From Coleofasciculus chthonoplastes F2-STO-03 (lineage in GTDB: Bacteria; Cyanobacteriota; Cyanobacteriia; Cyanobacteriales; Coleofasciculaceae): a DNA stretch of 46,367 nt. How positions within the stretch are numbered: position 1 is the first letter of the stretch; the number at the start of each line of letters is the position of its first letter. The stretch is from positions 1 to 46,367 of the forward strand of contig JAVJWO010000175.1 of the NCBI GenBank assembly GCA_040222015.1. The letters run 5' to 3'. The notes below the pieces were generated by a model, which saw only the letters and a list, made by a program, of their open reading frames with translations, was not told the DNA's origin and searched no databases. Both the position numbers and the translations under genes were made by a program. Positions 1 to 10,798 of the stretch are shown here, piece by piece.

Positions 1-24
1 CAATACTTGCTGACAACCGTACAA
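1..24 (-). CDS. tnpB: IS200/IS605-family RNA-guided endonuclease TnpB, N-terminus only (runs off the window)
   Basis: The minus strand reads TTG TAC GGT TGT CAG CAA GTA TTG = MYGCQQVL, the typical start of one cyanobacterial TnpB clade. It is preceded by a GGAGG RBS, an extended -10 TGATATAAT (52-60, minus strand) and an IS605-type hairpin. Not in the ORF track. Confidence 0.75.
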
Positions 25-150
25 GAATACTACCTCCCTGTAATGGGTTTTATTATATCACTTGAGGAGGTTATTGCGGGATAAATCCCCCTGTCTTCAC
101 GACTTGCTCGGTTTCATCCCTCGGATGAATCGCGAGGGAACTTTCACCAT
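1..150 (-). mobile_element. Left end of an IS200/IS605 (IS1341-like, tnpB-only) element
   Basis: Subterminal hairpin TCCCTCG(117-123)...CGAGGGA(133-139) in a GTTCCC...GGGATGAA context (minus strand), directly upstream of the tnpB start with no room for tnpA. The exact boundary is uncertain. Confidence 0.65.
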
Positions 151-244
151 CGCTTTTCTGTAAATGGATGGTAATTTGCACAGAACATCCTCCAGTTTCT
201 CAAGTTTGGCTTAGGCGACAACATGGAATACTCGACTCGACAAG

Positions 245-364
245 CCGTCAGTAGTAAGGACTTTAGTCCTCTCATGGCGAATAGAGCGCCTACAACAAAC
301 TCCGTCAGTAGTGAGGACTTTAGTCCTCTCATCAATAATGGCGAATATAGCGCCTACTACAAAC
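245..364. repeat. Tandem pair of GTAG-type REP-like units (GTAGTGAGGACTTTAGTCCTC...GCGCCTACTACAAAC)
   Basis: Two ~60 bp near-identical units (245-300, 302-364) with an internal AGGACTTTAGTCCT palindrome; same family as 1894-2015. Confidence 0.85.
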
Positions 365-402
365 AAACTCGGAGCGATCGCCCATAGACAGATGAGGTAA
401 AC

Positions 403-438
403 CCAATTCGGCGTGTAAGACCAATTCGGCGTGTAAGA
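403..438. repeat. Perfect 18-bp tandem duplication CCAATTCGGCGTGTAAGA x2
   Basis: 403-420 and 421-438 are identical. Confidence 0.9.
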
Positions 439-469
439 TATAAAAAGAGATAAATCTTAAAAAAAATTC

Positions 470-1993
470 ATGATTGTGTCCGCCTCTGGCTTCGATCGCG
501 TTAAACAAGCCGTTAAAGATAAAGTCTTTTTTGGCAATGAACCCACACCGGAGTTGATTGCCATCCTCATCGTCTACTTTGTCCAGGGTATCCTGGGGCT
601 AGCCCGTTTAGCGATTAGCTTCTTCCTCAAAGACGAACTCGGTTTAAGTCCCGCCCAAGTCGCAGCCCTAATCGGGATTGCGGCGTTACCTTGGGTAATT
701 AAACCCCTATTTGGCTTTCTTTCCGACGGACTTCCCTTGTTTGGCTATCGTCGCCGCCCCTATCTAGTCTTGTCTGGATTGATGGGAACAGCGGCGTGGT
801 TAAGTTTGGCAACGGTAGTCCATACAGCTTGGGCTGCAACCCTTGCCATTCTCCTCAGTTCCCTCTCCGTCGCCATTAGTGATGTCATCGTAGACTCACT
901 GGTGGTGGAACGGGCAAGGCGGGAATCATTAAGCGATTCCGGTTCTCTGCAATCCCTGACGTGGGGAACTTCTGCATTAGGAGGATTGATTACGGCGTAT
1001 CTGAGTGGTTGGCTACTGGAGGCGTTTAACACCCAAACCGTTTTTGGCATTACCGCCACCTTTCCCCTACTTGTCTCTGGCGTGGCGTGGTTAATTGCCG
1101 AAGAATCCGTTAGTTCTGGGTTAAATACCGCCACGGTTACCCACCAAATTAAGCAATTGCGCCATGCGGTGACTCAAAAAGCCATCTGGCTACCCACAGC
1201 CTTTATCTTTATCTGGCAAGCCTCACCCACCGCAGATTCAGCCTTTTTCTTCTTCTCCACCAATGAACTCGGATTTGAGCCGGAATTTTTGGGGCGGGTG
1301 CGTTTAGTCACCAGTTTGGCGTCTCTGGTGGGGGTTTGGGTATTTCAACGGTTTTTAAAGGGTATCCCTTTCCGCACGATTATGGGATGGACAACTGTCC
1401 TGTCGGCTGTTTTGGGGATGACGACTCTCATCCTCGTCACCCATGCGAATCGGGCATTAGGTATTGATGATCACTGGTTTAGTTTAGGCGACAGTTTGAT
1501 TCTGACGGTGATTGGACAGATTACATTTATGCCCGTACTTGTGCTTTCAGCCAGACTCTGCCCATCGGGAGTAGAAGCGACTTTATTTGCCCTGCTGATG
1601 TCGATATGGAATTTATCCGGATTGTTATCTCATGAATTGGGGGCGTTATTAACCCACTGGCTAGGGGTGACAGAACATAACTTTGATCGCCTGTGGTTAT
1701 TACTGACAATTACCAACCTTTCTAGCTTATTACCCCTGCCTTTCTTAGGCTGGTTACCTGCGGCTGATCCGCAAACTGAAATTAAAGGCACAACGGAGTC
1801 TAAATCACTACCGCCAGCAGAAATATTTGAACATCATACGTCGGGTTCTCTATCTGAACAGCCATTCCTCCCTGATGTTGTACCCGAGTTTATCCGGGTT
1901 GGTAGTGAGGACTTTAGTCCTCTTGTCAAAGGCGCTAAAGCGCCTGCTACAAACCGGGTTGGTAGTGAGGACTTTAGTCCTCTGGATCAATAG
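470..1993 (+). CDS. Folate/biopterin (FBT/BT1) family MFS transporter
   Basis: Polytopic membrane protein with YFVQG and PWVIKPLFGFLSDGLPLFGYRRRPY, characteristic of cyanobacterial FBT transporters; C-terminus extended by REP repeats. Confidence 0.9.
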   Translation: MIVSASGFDRVKQAVKDKVFFGNEPTPELIAILIVYFVQGILGLARLAISFFLKDELGLSPAQVAALIGIAALPWVIKPLFGFLSDGLPLFGYRRRPYLVLSGLMGTAAWLSLATVVHTAWAATLAILLSSLSVAISDVIVDSLVVERARRESLSDSGSLQSLTWGTSALGGLITAYLSGWLLEAFNTQTVFGITATFPLLVSGVAWLIAEESVSSGLNTATVTHQIKQLRHAVTQKAIWLPTAFIFIWQASPTADSAFFFFSTNELGFEPEFLGRVRLVTSLASLVGVWVFQRFLKGIPFRTIMGWTTVLSAVLGMTTLILVTHANRALGIDDHWFSLGDSLILTVIGQITFMPVLVLSARLCPSGVEATLFALLMSIWNLSGLLSHELGALLTHWLGVTEHNFDRLWLLLTITNLSSLLPLPFLGWLPAADPQTEIKGTTESKSLPPAEIFEHHTSGSLSEQPFLPDVVPEFIRVGSEDFSPLVKGAKAPATNRVGSEDFSPLDQ

Positions 1994-2015
1994 CGCTAAA
2001 GCGCTTACTACAAAC
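1894..2015. repeat. Tandem pair of 60-bp REP-like units inside the 3' end of the FBT gene
   Basis: CCGGGTTGGTAGTGAGGACTTTAGTCCTCT at 1894 and 1954, translated as RVGSEDFSPL twice; the stop codon lies in the second unit. Confidence 0.9.
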
Positions 2016-2041
2016 ACGATTCAATAACGAGGGAATACAAG

Positions 2042-3523
2042 ATGATTGCAACTGAACAATTTTTAGACTCAAAATCTGCCCGTTCTTATGATCAGGAAGG
2101 ATGGAAACGGGGGTATCAATCTCAACCGAATGAATACGATTACTGGATTGAGGACATTGAAGGGGAAATTCCACCAGCGCTGAATGGCACGTTGTTTCGC
2201 AATGGTCCAGGTTTACTCGATGTCCATGGTCAACCTCTGCATCACCCCTTTGATGGGGATGGTATGATCTGTGCGATCGCCTTTGATCAAGGTCGTGCTT
2301 ATTTCCGCAATCGCTTTGTCCGTACTGAAGGCTTTCTCAAAGAACAAGAAGCCGGAAAAATGCTGTATCGCGGTGTTTTTGGTACGCAAAAGCCCGGAGG
2401 GTGGCTAGCGAATGCCTTTGATATTGATATCAAAAATATTGCTAACACAAATGTGATTTACTGGGGAGGTAAACTATTAGCTCTTTGGGAAGCGGCGGAA
2501 CCTTATCGGTTAGACCCCAAAACTTTAGACACTCTAGGGAAAGAAACTCTAGATGGGATTTTGGCTGAAGGTGAGGCATTTGGCGCCCATCCTTGGATTG
2601 ACCCAAGCTGCAACCAAGATGGGGGTGCGCCTTGTTTGGTTAATTTTGCGATTAAACCGGGTTTTTCCACCAAAATCACGATTTATGAATTAGATGAAGC
2701 TGGGAAATTGAAACGGCGTAAAAGTCACACGGTTCCGGGTTTTGCCTTTATCCATGACTTTGTGATTACGCCCAATTACTGCATCTTTTTCCAAAATCCT
2801 GTCACCTATAATCCCGTTCCCTTCCTGTTGGGATTAAAAGGGGCGGGTCAATGTGTAGAATTGAAAGCCAACGCACCGACTCGGATTTTAGTAATTCCGC
2901 GTCATGGTAATAAACCGATGCAAGTGCTGGAAGCTGACGCTGGGTTTATTTTTCACCATGCAAATGCGTTTGAGCAAGGGGAGCAAATTTGTGTGGATTC
3001 AATTTGCTATGAATCATTAACTCAAGTGGACTCAGAGATAGATTACCGGGACGTAGATTTTGATGCGCTTCCACCCGGACGACTGTTTCGGTTTACACTG
3101 AATTTAGCGGATTCTACGGTACAACGACAGCAACTATTCGCGCGTTCCTGTGAGTTTCCCTATGTTCATCCCAACCATGTTGGACGCCCTTACCGTTATG
3201 TATACATGGGAGTGACTCATAATCCCACCGGAAATGCTCCACTTCAAGCCATTGCTAAATTAGATTTAACCACAGGAGAGGAACAAGTTTGGAGTGCAGC
3301 CCCCCATGGCTTTGTCAGTGAACCGATTTTTGTTCCCCATCCTGAGGCGAAGCGAGAAGATGAGGGTTGGGTGTTGATGTTGGTGTATGATTCCAGTCAC
3401 CATCGCTCTGATGTGGTGATTTTAGATGGTCGAGATTTGAGCCACGGCGCGATCGCACGACTACATCTGTCGCACCATATTCCTTACGGATTGCACGGAA
3501 GCTGGACGCCAACCGTCTTTTAA
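2042..3523 (+). CDS. Carotenoid cleavage oxygenase (RPE65 family, apocarotenoid oxygenase-like)
   Basis: GTLFRNGPG, HPFDGDGM, KNIANT, EFP and IPYGLHGSW motifs; four candidate Fe-ligand His (AHP, IHD, FHH, LHG) present. Confidence 0.92.
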   Translation: MIATEQFLDSKSARSYDQEGWKRGYQSQPNEYDYWIEDIEGEIPPALNGTLFRNGPGLLDVHGQPLHHPFDGDGMICAIAFDQGRAYFRNRFVRTEGFLKEQEAGKMLYRGVFGTQKPGGWLANAFDIDIKNIANTNVIYWGGKLLALWEAAEPYRLDPKTLDTLGKETLDGILAEGEAFGAHPWIDPSCNQDGGAPCLVNFAIKPGFSTKITIYELDEAGKLKRRKSHTVPGFAFIHDFVITPNYCIFFQNPVTYNPVPFLLGLKGAGQCVELKANAPTRILVIPRHGNKPMQVLEADAGFIFHHANAFEQGEQICVDSICYESLTQVDSEIDYRDVDFDALPPGRLFRFTLNLADSTVQRQQLFARSCEFPYVHPNHVGRPYRYVYMGVTHNPTGNAPLQAIAKLDLTTGEEQVWSAAPHGFVSEPIFVPHPEAKREDEGWVLMLVYDSSHHRSDVVILDGRDLSHGAIARLHLSHHIPYGLHGSWTPTVF

Positions 3524-3566
3524 TGCAGGCAGATTTTTTGAATTCGTTTATTTAATATAGAAGATA

Positions 3567-4564
3567 ATGATCACAACAGAAAAAGAATCCGAACTATCTT
3601 TTGATCGCGAGGGATGGAAAGGGTGGTATGAATCCCAGCCAAATGAATATGATTACTTGATTGAGAATATTGAAGGGGAAGTTCCGCCAGAACTGAAGGG
3701 CACATTATTTCGCAACGGTCCAGGTTTATTCGATATTAATGGTCAGCGACTGCATCACCCCTTTGATGGGGATGGTATGGTATGTGCGATCGCCTTTGAC
3801 CAAGGTCGTGTCCATTTCCGCAATCGCTTTGTCCGTACTGAAGGCTACCTCAAAGAGAAAAAAGCGGGAAAAATTCTTTATCGCGGCGTTTTTGGAACGC
3901 AAAAGCCTGGGGGTTTGTGGGCAAATATTTTTGATATTAAACTCAAAAATATTGCTAACACCCATGTGGTTTACTGGGGGGGTAAACTGTTAGCCATGTG
4001 GGACGCTGCTGAACATTATCAGTTAGACCCAAAAACATTAGAAACTCTAGGGAAAGACGATCCTGATGGTATTTGGGCAAAGGGGCATTTCAGTAAAACA
4101 CACTCTCGGATTGACCCAAGCTGTGATCAAGATGGCGGTGTCCCCTGTTTGGTGAGTTTTACGATTAAACTGGGTCTTCTTAATTCCAAAATCACCATTC
4201 ATGAACAAGCACCAGACGGGAAATTGCGGCGTAGTTACTCTCACACTGTCCCCGGTTTTGCTGCGATGCACGACTTGGTGATTACGCCCAACTACTGTAT
4301 CTTTTTCCAAAATCCTGTGACATTTAATCCCATTCCCTTCATCCTAGGATTAAAATCAGCGAACCCATTTTTATTCCCCATCCTGACGCGAAGCGAGAAG
4401 ATGAGGGTTGGGTGTTGACGTTGGTGTATGATTCGAGTCATCATCGCTCTGATGTGGTGATTTTGGATAGTCGAGATTTGAGAGTTGGCGCGATCGCCCG
4501 ACTACATCTCAAGCACCATATTCCTTACGGATTGCATGGAAGCTGGACTTCGACAGTCTTTTAA
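3567..4564 (+). pseudogene. Tandem paralog of the carotenoid oxygenase with a ~475-bp internal deletion and frameshift
   Basis: The N-terminal ~260 aa are colinear with 2042-3523. At 4355/4356 the sequence jumps to the equivalent of position 3315. The C-terminal part (EPIFIPHPDAKREDEGW...HIPYGLHGSWTSTVF*) continues in another frame to TAA 4562-4564. Confidence 0.88.
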
Positions 4565-4591
4565 TTTTATTTATCTGTCATTTGTCATTTG

Positions 4592-4657
4592 GTCGGGGCG
4601 GGTTTTGCAGCCAAGCTAGGGATAACAATCAATATTAGTCCCTAAACCCGCCCCTAC
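4592..4657. repeat. REP-like inverted pair GTCGGGGCGGGTTT...AAACCCGCCCCTAC
   Basis: Inverted repeats; the same family recurs at 13215-13332. Confidence 0.8.
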
Positions 4658-4691
4658 ACACAGACGCTTCTGTCATCACTCTAGAACAAGA

Positions 4692-4795
4692 CTTCCCCAT
4701 CTTCCCCATCTTCCCCATCTTCCCCATCTCCCTCATCTTCCCCAGCTCCCTCATCTTCCCCAGCTCCCTCTGCTTCCCCTGCTTCCCCTGCTTCA
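4692..4795. repeat. 9-bp short tandem repeat array (CTTCCCCAT / CTCCCTCAT / CTTCCCCTG variants)
   Basis: About 11 units; the same motif occurs at 39398-39446. Confidence 0.85.
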
Positions 4796-5080
4796 TCGTA
4801 TCTACGAAGCTGCTCAAGTATTTTTGCCGCGCTGCACTAGGGTTCAATCGCGTAAAATTATGAATATCAATAGCTAATCGTATTGTCCAAATCTTAACCA
4901 AACCCAAAACAGGTTAAAACAAAATCTGGACGATACCGATGCTTAGATCAGTCGATGTGCATTTAAATTGGATATTTCTGTTCCCTATTCCCCGTTCCCT
5001 GTTCCCATTGAGGAATTTAGACATCCTGATCTAAATGCTGGATAGCTAATCGAGGCAAAATAATTTTGGTGGAGAAGGGT

Positions 5081-6064
5081 ATGAAATTTAGCATCGTCAT
5101 CACGACTCATAATCGTCTCACCTTACTCAAGCGAGCAATTGACAGTGCGTTAGCTCAAACGATACCGTGCGAAGTAATTGTGGTGGATGATGGCTCGTCT
5201 GATGATACGGATATGTATGTCCAGGGGCGACGGAAAGAACTCTTGGACATGGGTGACACCCGTTTAATTTATTATCGAAATTCGACGAATTTGGGTCACT
5301 CAGGAACGGTCAATCAGGGTGTAGCATTGGCGACAGGAGAATGGGTAAAACTGGTAGATGATGACGACTACCTTGCCCCGAATTGTATTGAAGAAATGGT
5401 TAAGGCGATCGCAGGGCGTCCAGATGCTGTGATTTGCTCCTGTCGAGCCATTCAGATCAATGAGAATGAGAAAGAAATCAGCAGAAGTCGGCACGTTGGC
5501 AAGGGAACACTTGTATATGTTCCCCAAGCCGAGATTCATTACGCCATGCTGTTGGAACTCTTGCCATTTGGCACGCCTGTACAAGTAGCCTTTTCCCGTT
5601 CAGCTTTCCTTAAGTCAGGCGGATGGGATACTAGATTCGATACGAATTATGATGATATTGATTCCTGGATTAAAATTGCCCAGTTTGGCGATGCTGTTTT
5701 GATCAATAAATGTCTGGCTTACCGGACTATTTGGCAAGGTTCATTTCATAGCAAGTTTACTTTTGATAAACGCCTGGAAATTAATCTAATTATTAAAGAA
5801 AATATTTATTCGTGTATTAGCCCAAAATATCGTCATACTTTACCAGAACTATCAGAAATTAAGTCGTCGATAAAAATCCATTGGGGATTTGCTGCCCTCA
5901 AAAAAAGAAAATTTGTCAGCGCGGTAAGAATTTGGTTAAAAACGGATTTATCTATAGCGTCTGCAAGGTTATTTTTAAAACGAATCATTGCCAGAAATTG
6001 TTTAGATGAATTACTACAAGAGTCTCAGAGAACGCCCATTTTATTAGTGCGTGAACATAACTGA
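5081..6064 (+). CDS. Glycosyltransferase family 2
   Basis: FSIVITTHNR, VIVVDDGSSD and DDDD motifs; ATG at 5081 follows GGAG. Confidence 0.88.
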   Translation: MKFSIVITTHNRLTLLKRAIDSALAQTIPCEVIVVDDGSSDDTDMYVQGRRKELLDMGDTRLIYYRNSTNLGHSGTVNQGVALATGEWVKLVDDDDYLAPNCIEEMVKAIAGRPDAVICSCRAIQINENEKEISRSRHVGKGTLVYVPQAEIHYAMLLELLPFGTPVQVAFSRSAFLKSGGWDTRFDTNYDDIDSWIKIAQFGDAVLINKCLAYRTIWQGSFHSKFTFDKRLEINLIIKENIYSCISPKYRHTLPELSEIKSSIKIHWGFAALKKRKFVSAVRIWLKTDLSIASARLFLKRIIARNCLDELLQESQRTPILLVREHN

Positions 6065-6156
6065 GTTATTTAAACCTAAAGGTAACTCCAAGAAGCAAGT
6101 GCGACCGTATCTGCCCTAACCCAGACAAAATCCCTAACAATAGGCAAGGGTTTTGA

Positions 6157-7206
<1,050 letters not shown>

Positions 7207-7336
7207 TCATTGGTCATTAGTCATTTGTCCGTTGTCCTTTGTTATTTTTTGGCAAGACAATTGGCAAATGACATCAGTCTTGATCACCCAGTCCGCGTAG
7301 GCGGACTTTGTTTGTGTAGCCGTGATTTCAATCGCC
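7207..7336. repeat. STRR-type heptamers (TCATTGG/TCATTAG/TCATTTG) followed by a small dispersed repeat (AGTCCGCGTAGGCGGACT...TTTCAATCGCC)
   Basis: Heptamer periodicity directly after the ilvC stop; palindrome AGTCCGC-GTAG-GCGGACT near 7290. Confidence 0.7.
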
Positions 7337-7399
7337 TTGGCAAAAGGGGGCTTATTCAGCAAACCCCAATTATCATGAACGGGTAAATGCGTAGCGCTA

Positions 7400-8371
7400 A
7401 TGACAACAAATAAACTCGAATTAACCCAATCAAAAATAGACTCACCGCAAAAATGGACGGCATTAATCTTATTATCAGTCGCCTTAATTGCTTTGTCGCT
7501 AACCGCCATCTTTATCAAAATATCGGTTCAGGAAATTAGCGCCAATGCCACGGTATTCAATCGCCTCTGGATAGCAACAATTATCTTTGGGTTGTGGAAT
7601 GGCTTTAAGCAACTCCAAAATAAGGAGTTGGATGAGCCATCTGCCACCAATTCACGCTATCAGATAAGTGAAATCATGCTTCTGTTGGGTGTCGCTATTG
7701 TTCATGTCATGGGTCGATTCTTGTGGACGTGGTCACTGACTCAAACCAATGCGGCAAATGCGACGGTTCTGTCTAATATGCCTCCCCTATTCACCGCGTT
7801 AGGCGGATGGTTGTTTTTCGGTCAGCGTTTTGACCGGAGATTTGTGTTTGGGCTAGGAATTGCTCTGGCTGGAGCGATTGGATTGGGATTAGAGGATTTC
7901 TTTCTATCAGATAATAGCTTGTTCAGTGAAACCGCGTTTATTGGTGATGCAGCGGCGTTATTATCTGCCATGTTCTATGCTGCCAGTTTTTTAATCCTAG
8001 AACAACTTCGCAGTCGATTAGCGGTTCAAAATATCCTCCTGTGGCGCTGCTTGTTGGGTACGTTGTTTATGATACCCGTTGTGCTGATGGTGGAAGACCA
8101 AGTATTTCCAATATCTTGGCAAGGGTGGCTAGCGGTGTTCGGTTTGGCGGCTATCTGTGAAGGATTAGGACATGGGTTAATTGTCTATAGTCTTAAGTAT
8201 TTCTCTTCCGCATTTGTCACCGTGGTTCTGTTGCTTGAACCCGTGATGACTGCCGTTTTTGCCTGGATACTTTTCTCAGAAGGTTTAAGTCTTCTAAACC
8301 TATTAGCTTTTGCCGTGATTCTAGAGGGTATCTATTTAGCCAAAACCGGCAAGGGAGCTGATAAGGCGTGA
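7400..8371 (+). CDS. EamA/DMT family transporter
   Basis: About 10 TM segments in two EamA-like halves; paralog of 20538-21544. Confidence 0.88.
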   Translation: MTTNKLELTQSKIDSPQKWTALILLSVALIALSLTAIFIKISVQEISANATVFNRLWIATIIFGLWNGFKQLQNKELDEPSATNSRYQISEIMLLLGVAIVHVMGRFLWTWSLTQTNAANATVLSNMPPLFTALGGWLFFGQRFDRRFVFGLGIALAGAIGLGLEDFFLSDNSLFSETAFIGDAAALLSAMFYAASFLILEQLRSRLAVQNILLWRCLLGTLFMIPVVLMVEDQVFPISWQGWLAVFGLAAICEGLGHGLIVYSLKYFSSAFVTVVLLLEPVMTAVFAWILFSEGLSLLNLLAFAVILEGIYLAKTGKGADKA

Positions 8372-8439
8372 AACCGGCTATCCGGTAACTTAGTATTAAT
8401 TCTTCTTAGGCGACATGATAATAATACGCCTTCTTGTAC

Positions 8440-8802
8440 TCATATCGGCAAGCGCCTCACCCGAAACGCTTCATCACTCACAGAAATAATTGCTCCCGCA
8501 GCTAAATCCTCCTCAAAGTGATTCAAGGCTTCCATTAAACGATCGTTAATCATCTCATAACGTTCATTACCCAGTCTAAATAAAATTACGCTGGGTAATG
8601 TTTCCCCACTCACCGCCAACAAATAACCAAAATCTAAATCAACAGTTAAAAGAATTCGCCCTTCCTCACGAGCTTTTACAAGAATTTCATCATCGGCTAA
8701 TCGTTCCAAACCCTCTTCAACTAAATGTATGGCATCATAACCAGCAGCTTTTAACCAATTAACAGTACGTGGCGAGATACCCATATCCGCTAAAAATCTC
8801 AT
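8440..8802 (-). CDS. DUF5615 PIN-like toxin (VapC45-like)
   Basis: MRFLADMGIS, D-D-E and LLTVDLDFG acidic PIN motifs; overlaps the upstream DUF433 gene by 4 bp. Confidence 0.85.
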   Translation of the reverse strand: MRFLADMGISPRTVNWLKAAGYDAIHLVEEGLERLADDEILVKAREEGRILLTVDLDFGYLLAVSGETLPSVILFRLGNERYEMINDRLMEALNHFEEDLAAGAIISVSDEAFRVRRLPI

Positions 8803-9038
8803 CCGACTTTCTCACCCACGATAGGGAAAACCTGCTCTCGTGCCAGCCATGCAGCATACAGCAATGACTGTTGAATATCTTCAGGTTCCAAATAGGGATA
8901 ATCTTCGATAATTTCCTCCACTGTTTTACCATTTGCCACTAAATTTAAAACTAATGAAACCGGAACTCGCATTCCCCGAATACATGCAACTCCTGCCATG
9001 ATACGTGGATTAAACGTAATTCTATCTAAATTCAACAT
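8799..9038 (-). CDS. DUF433 antitoxin (VapB45-like)
   Basis: RITFNPRIMAGVACIRGMRVPVS...EIIEDYPYLEPEDIQQSLLYAA. Confidence 0.9.
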   Translation of the reverse strand: MLNLDRITFNPRIMAGVACIRGMRVPVSLVLNLVANGKTVEEIIEDYPYLEPEDIQQSLLYAAWLAREQVFPIVGEKVG

Positions 9039-9076
9039 AAATTAGTCCTCCAAAACGACTAGATTAGTTTGAACCG

Positions 9077-9619
9077 CTATGCTGAAAGAGTCTTGATTTG
9101 AAATCCCTCAAAGACAACTTGAAACCCTTCCCGTTCCGGTGACGCACACATTAAACCCACTTGCACTGTTTCGGCTTCGGTCAAATAAGCCAATCTCATC
9201 ATTGTAAAGTGTTCGCCGTCAAGGGAATATTTTACTTCTACTGCACCTCGACTACATTGTAGTTCTAACCATAAGGATGGAGGATTTTCCGGAATACCCA
9301 CCACAGACCAATCCGAATACTCTCGCGTGACCACCGTGCTGGCATATTGTACACCGTCAACAAACTCAATTCCACACTTTAACCACGTCTGATCATTTTC
9401 GCGGATCATTAACCCTGCTTGGTCATAAAGTTCCTGATACTGTCCAGTGATTTTCACGACAGCCATAAAATCACCGGTTATCTCCTGATAATAAAAATGT
9501 CCTGTATCACGGATAAATCCGTAATGCGTCTTGCGCCAGAAGTCGGTTTTTAGTCCTGACGTGACTGTAATTACTTGCTCTTGCTCATTCCAGACAGGCG
9601 GTTCATTATACCATTTCAT
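9077..9619 (-). CDS. DUF1349 domain protein (concanavalin-like fold)
   Basis: KTDFWRKTHYGF, LYDQAGLM, WLKCGIEF, GLMCASPE. Confidence 0.85.
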   Translation of the reverse strand: MKWYNEPPVWNEQEQVITVTSGLKTDFWRKTHYGFIRDTGHFYYQEITGDFMAVVKITGQYQELYDQAGLMIRENDQTWLKCGIEFVDGVQYASTVVTREYSDWSVVGIPENPPSLWLELQCSRGAVEVKYSLDGEHFTMMRLAYLTEAETVQVGLMCASPEREGFQVVFEGFQIKTLSA

Positions 9620-9632
9620 GGAAATTTATCTC

Positions 9633-9654
9633 TAAGTAGGTGGACACAATTAAA
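9633..9654. repeat. Dispersed MITE-like end TAAGTAGGTGGACACAATTAAA
   Basis: Identical 22-mer at 36549-36570. Confidence 0.75.
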
Positions 9655-9817
9655 AGCGGGCGGTGGAGAACTCGCTACCCTTGAGAAGCAAGCTAAGTCA
9701 TGCGTCCTTCGTCATGCGTCCTTCGTCCTTTGTAAGGGTTTGAGGTCTATTTACAAAACTTATGATATACCGTAGGGTGGGCATTGCCCACCAGCATACC
9801 AGTCAGTACCATTCGGC

Positions 9818-10798
9818 TTAAAAGAACCTTCGCAGCGTTTGTGATGGCGACTCACCAAACATTTCTTTATAGTCTCTGGAAAAATGTCCGGCACTCCAAA
9901 ATCCCCATTTTAGAGCCACACCCATCACCGTTTCTGTCTTCGAGTCAGCCTTTTTTAAAGCGCGACTTACCCCATTGAGTCGTTGAATCTTGATATACGC
10001 CATTGGACTCATGCCAAACATTTCTTGAAAGCCATAAAATAAGGCGGTACTGCTAGTTCCTAATTCGTCGCCGAGTTGTTGGAGTGTTAACGGTTGATCA
10101 CGATAGGCTCTAGCCACCGCTTCGGCTTTCTTGACCAGGGCATAACGGCGGAAGGTTTTGGGCTGCTGTCGGTTGTTTGTGGTGCTATTTCCCAGGGTAT
10201 TGATCAGCAAGGGCAAAAAATCTTCCCGCACCAATGATTGCATCTCTGATTGCATTAATAATGATCGTTGGCTACTCAGGATATGAGCGATTTGCTGATA
10301 GTACGCCTTCAACGGAGGTAATGAGGCAGCATGTAAGCGCTGGTAATTCTGGTTCATAAACCTTTGCCCTAAATAGTATCCCATCTTCTCGGCTAGGGAA
10401 TGGAAAGCTTGCTTATTCACAGTGGCGATGACGATGTGGGCATTTTTCCCAACCATGACATCGTTTTCTCGGTTGGGATCGAACCCAAATATATCCTGTT
10501 TTTTGATTGGGCAACCATGAGACACCACTGGTGTCTGTTCGGCTTGAAGTGCGATCGCAAATACAAGACCGTGAGCCGACTTGGAGCCGATTGCTCTAAC
10601 CATTTGATTTTGATTAATGTGAGTAAACTCCAGACTGCCAAAGTTGGCAAAATTAACCGTTCCCAGAAAACCGCCCGGTGTTAACTGGTCAACCTTGATA
10701 TCCAAGGGTTTGATGGCTTCGGCAAAGGCATCGATATCATCAAACTGGCGATTCATCACCATAGAGTCTGCGTGGGAGTGATAGTCAGTCACGGACAT
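9818..10798 (-). CDS. AraC-family transcriptional regulator (EutR-like)
   Basis: C-terminal double HTH (LFYGFQEMFGMSPMAY, VALKWGFWSAGHFSRDYKEMFGESPSQTL); divergent from the sugar cluster. Confidence 0.9.
   Translation of the reverse strand: MSVTDYHSHADSMVMNRQFDDIDAFAEAIKPLDIKVDQLTPGGFLGTVNFANFGSLEFTHINQNQMVRAIGSKSAHGLVFAIALQAEQTPVVSHGCPIKKQDIFGFDPNRENDVMVGKNAHIVIATVNKQAFHSLAEKMGYYLGQRFMNQNYQRLHAASLPPLKAYYQQIAHILSSQRSLLMQSEMQSLVREDFLPLLINTLGNSTTNNRQQPKTFRRYALVKKAEAVARAYRDQPLTLQQLGDELGTSSTALFYGFQEMFGMSPMAYIKIQRLNGVSRALKKADSKTETVMGVALKWGFWSAGHFSRDYKEMFGESPSQTLRRFF

Noticed and set aside
245..364. Possible mini-CRISPR array (also 1894-2015)
   Set aside because: Only two units, the intervening parts are themselves homologous, and no cas genes are present; fits REP-like repeats
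4635..4907. ORF with GKM/REL repeats (similarly 31773-31976 and 39389-39595)
   Set aside because: Translations of 9-bp or 7-bp tandem repeats, not real genes
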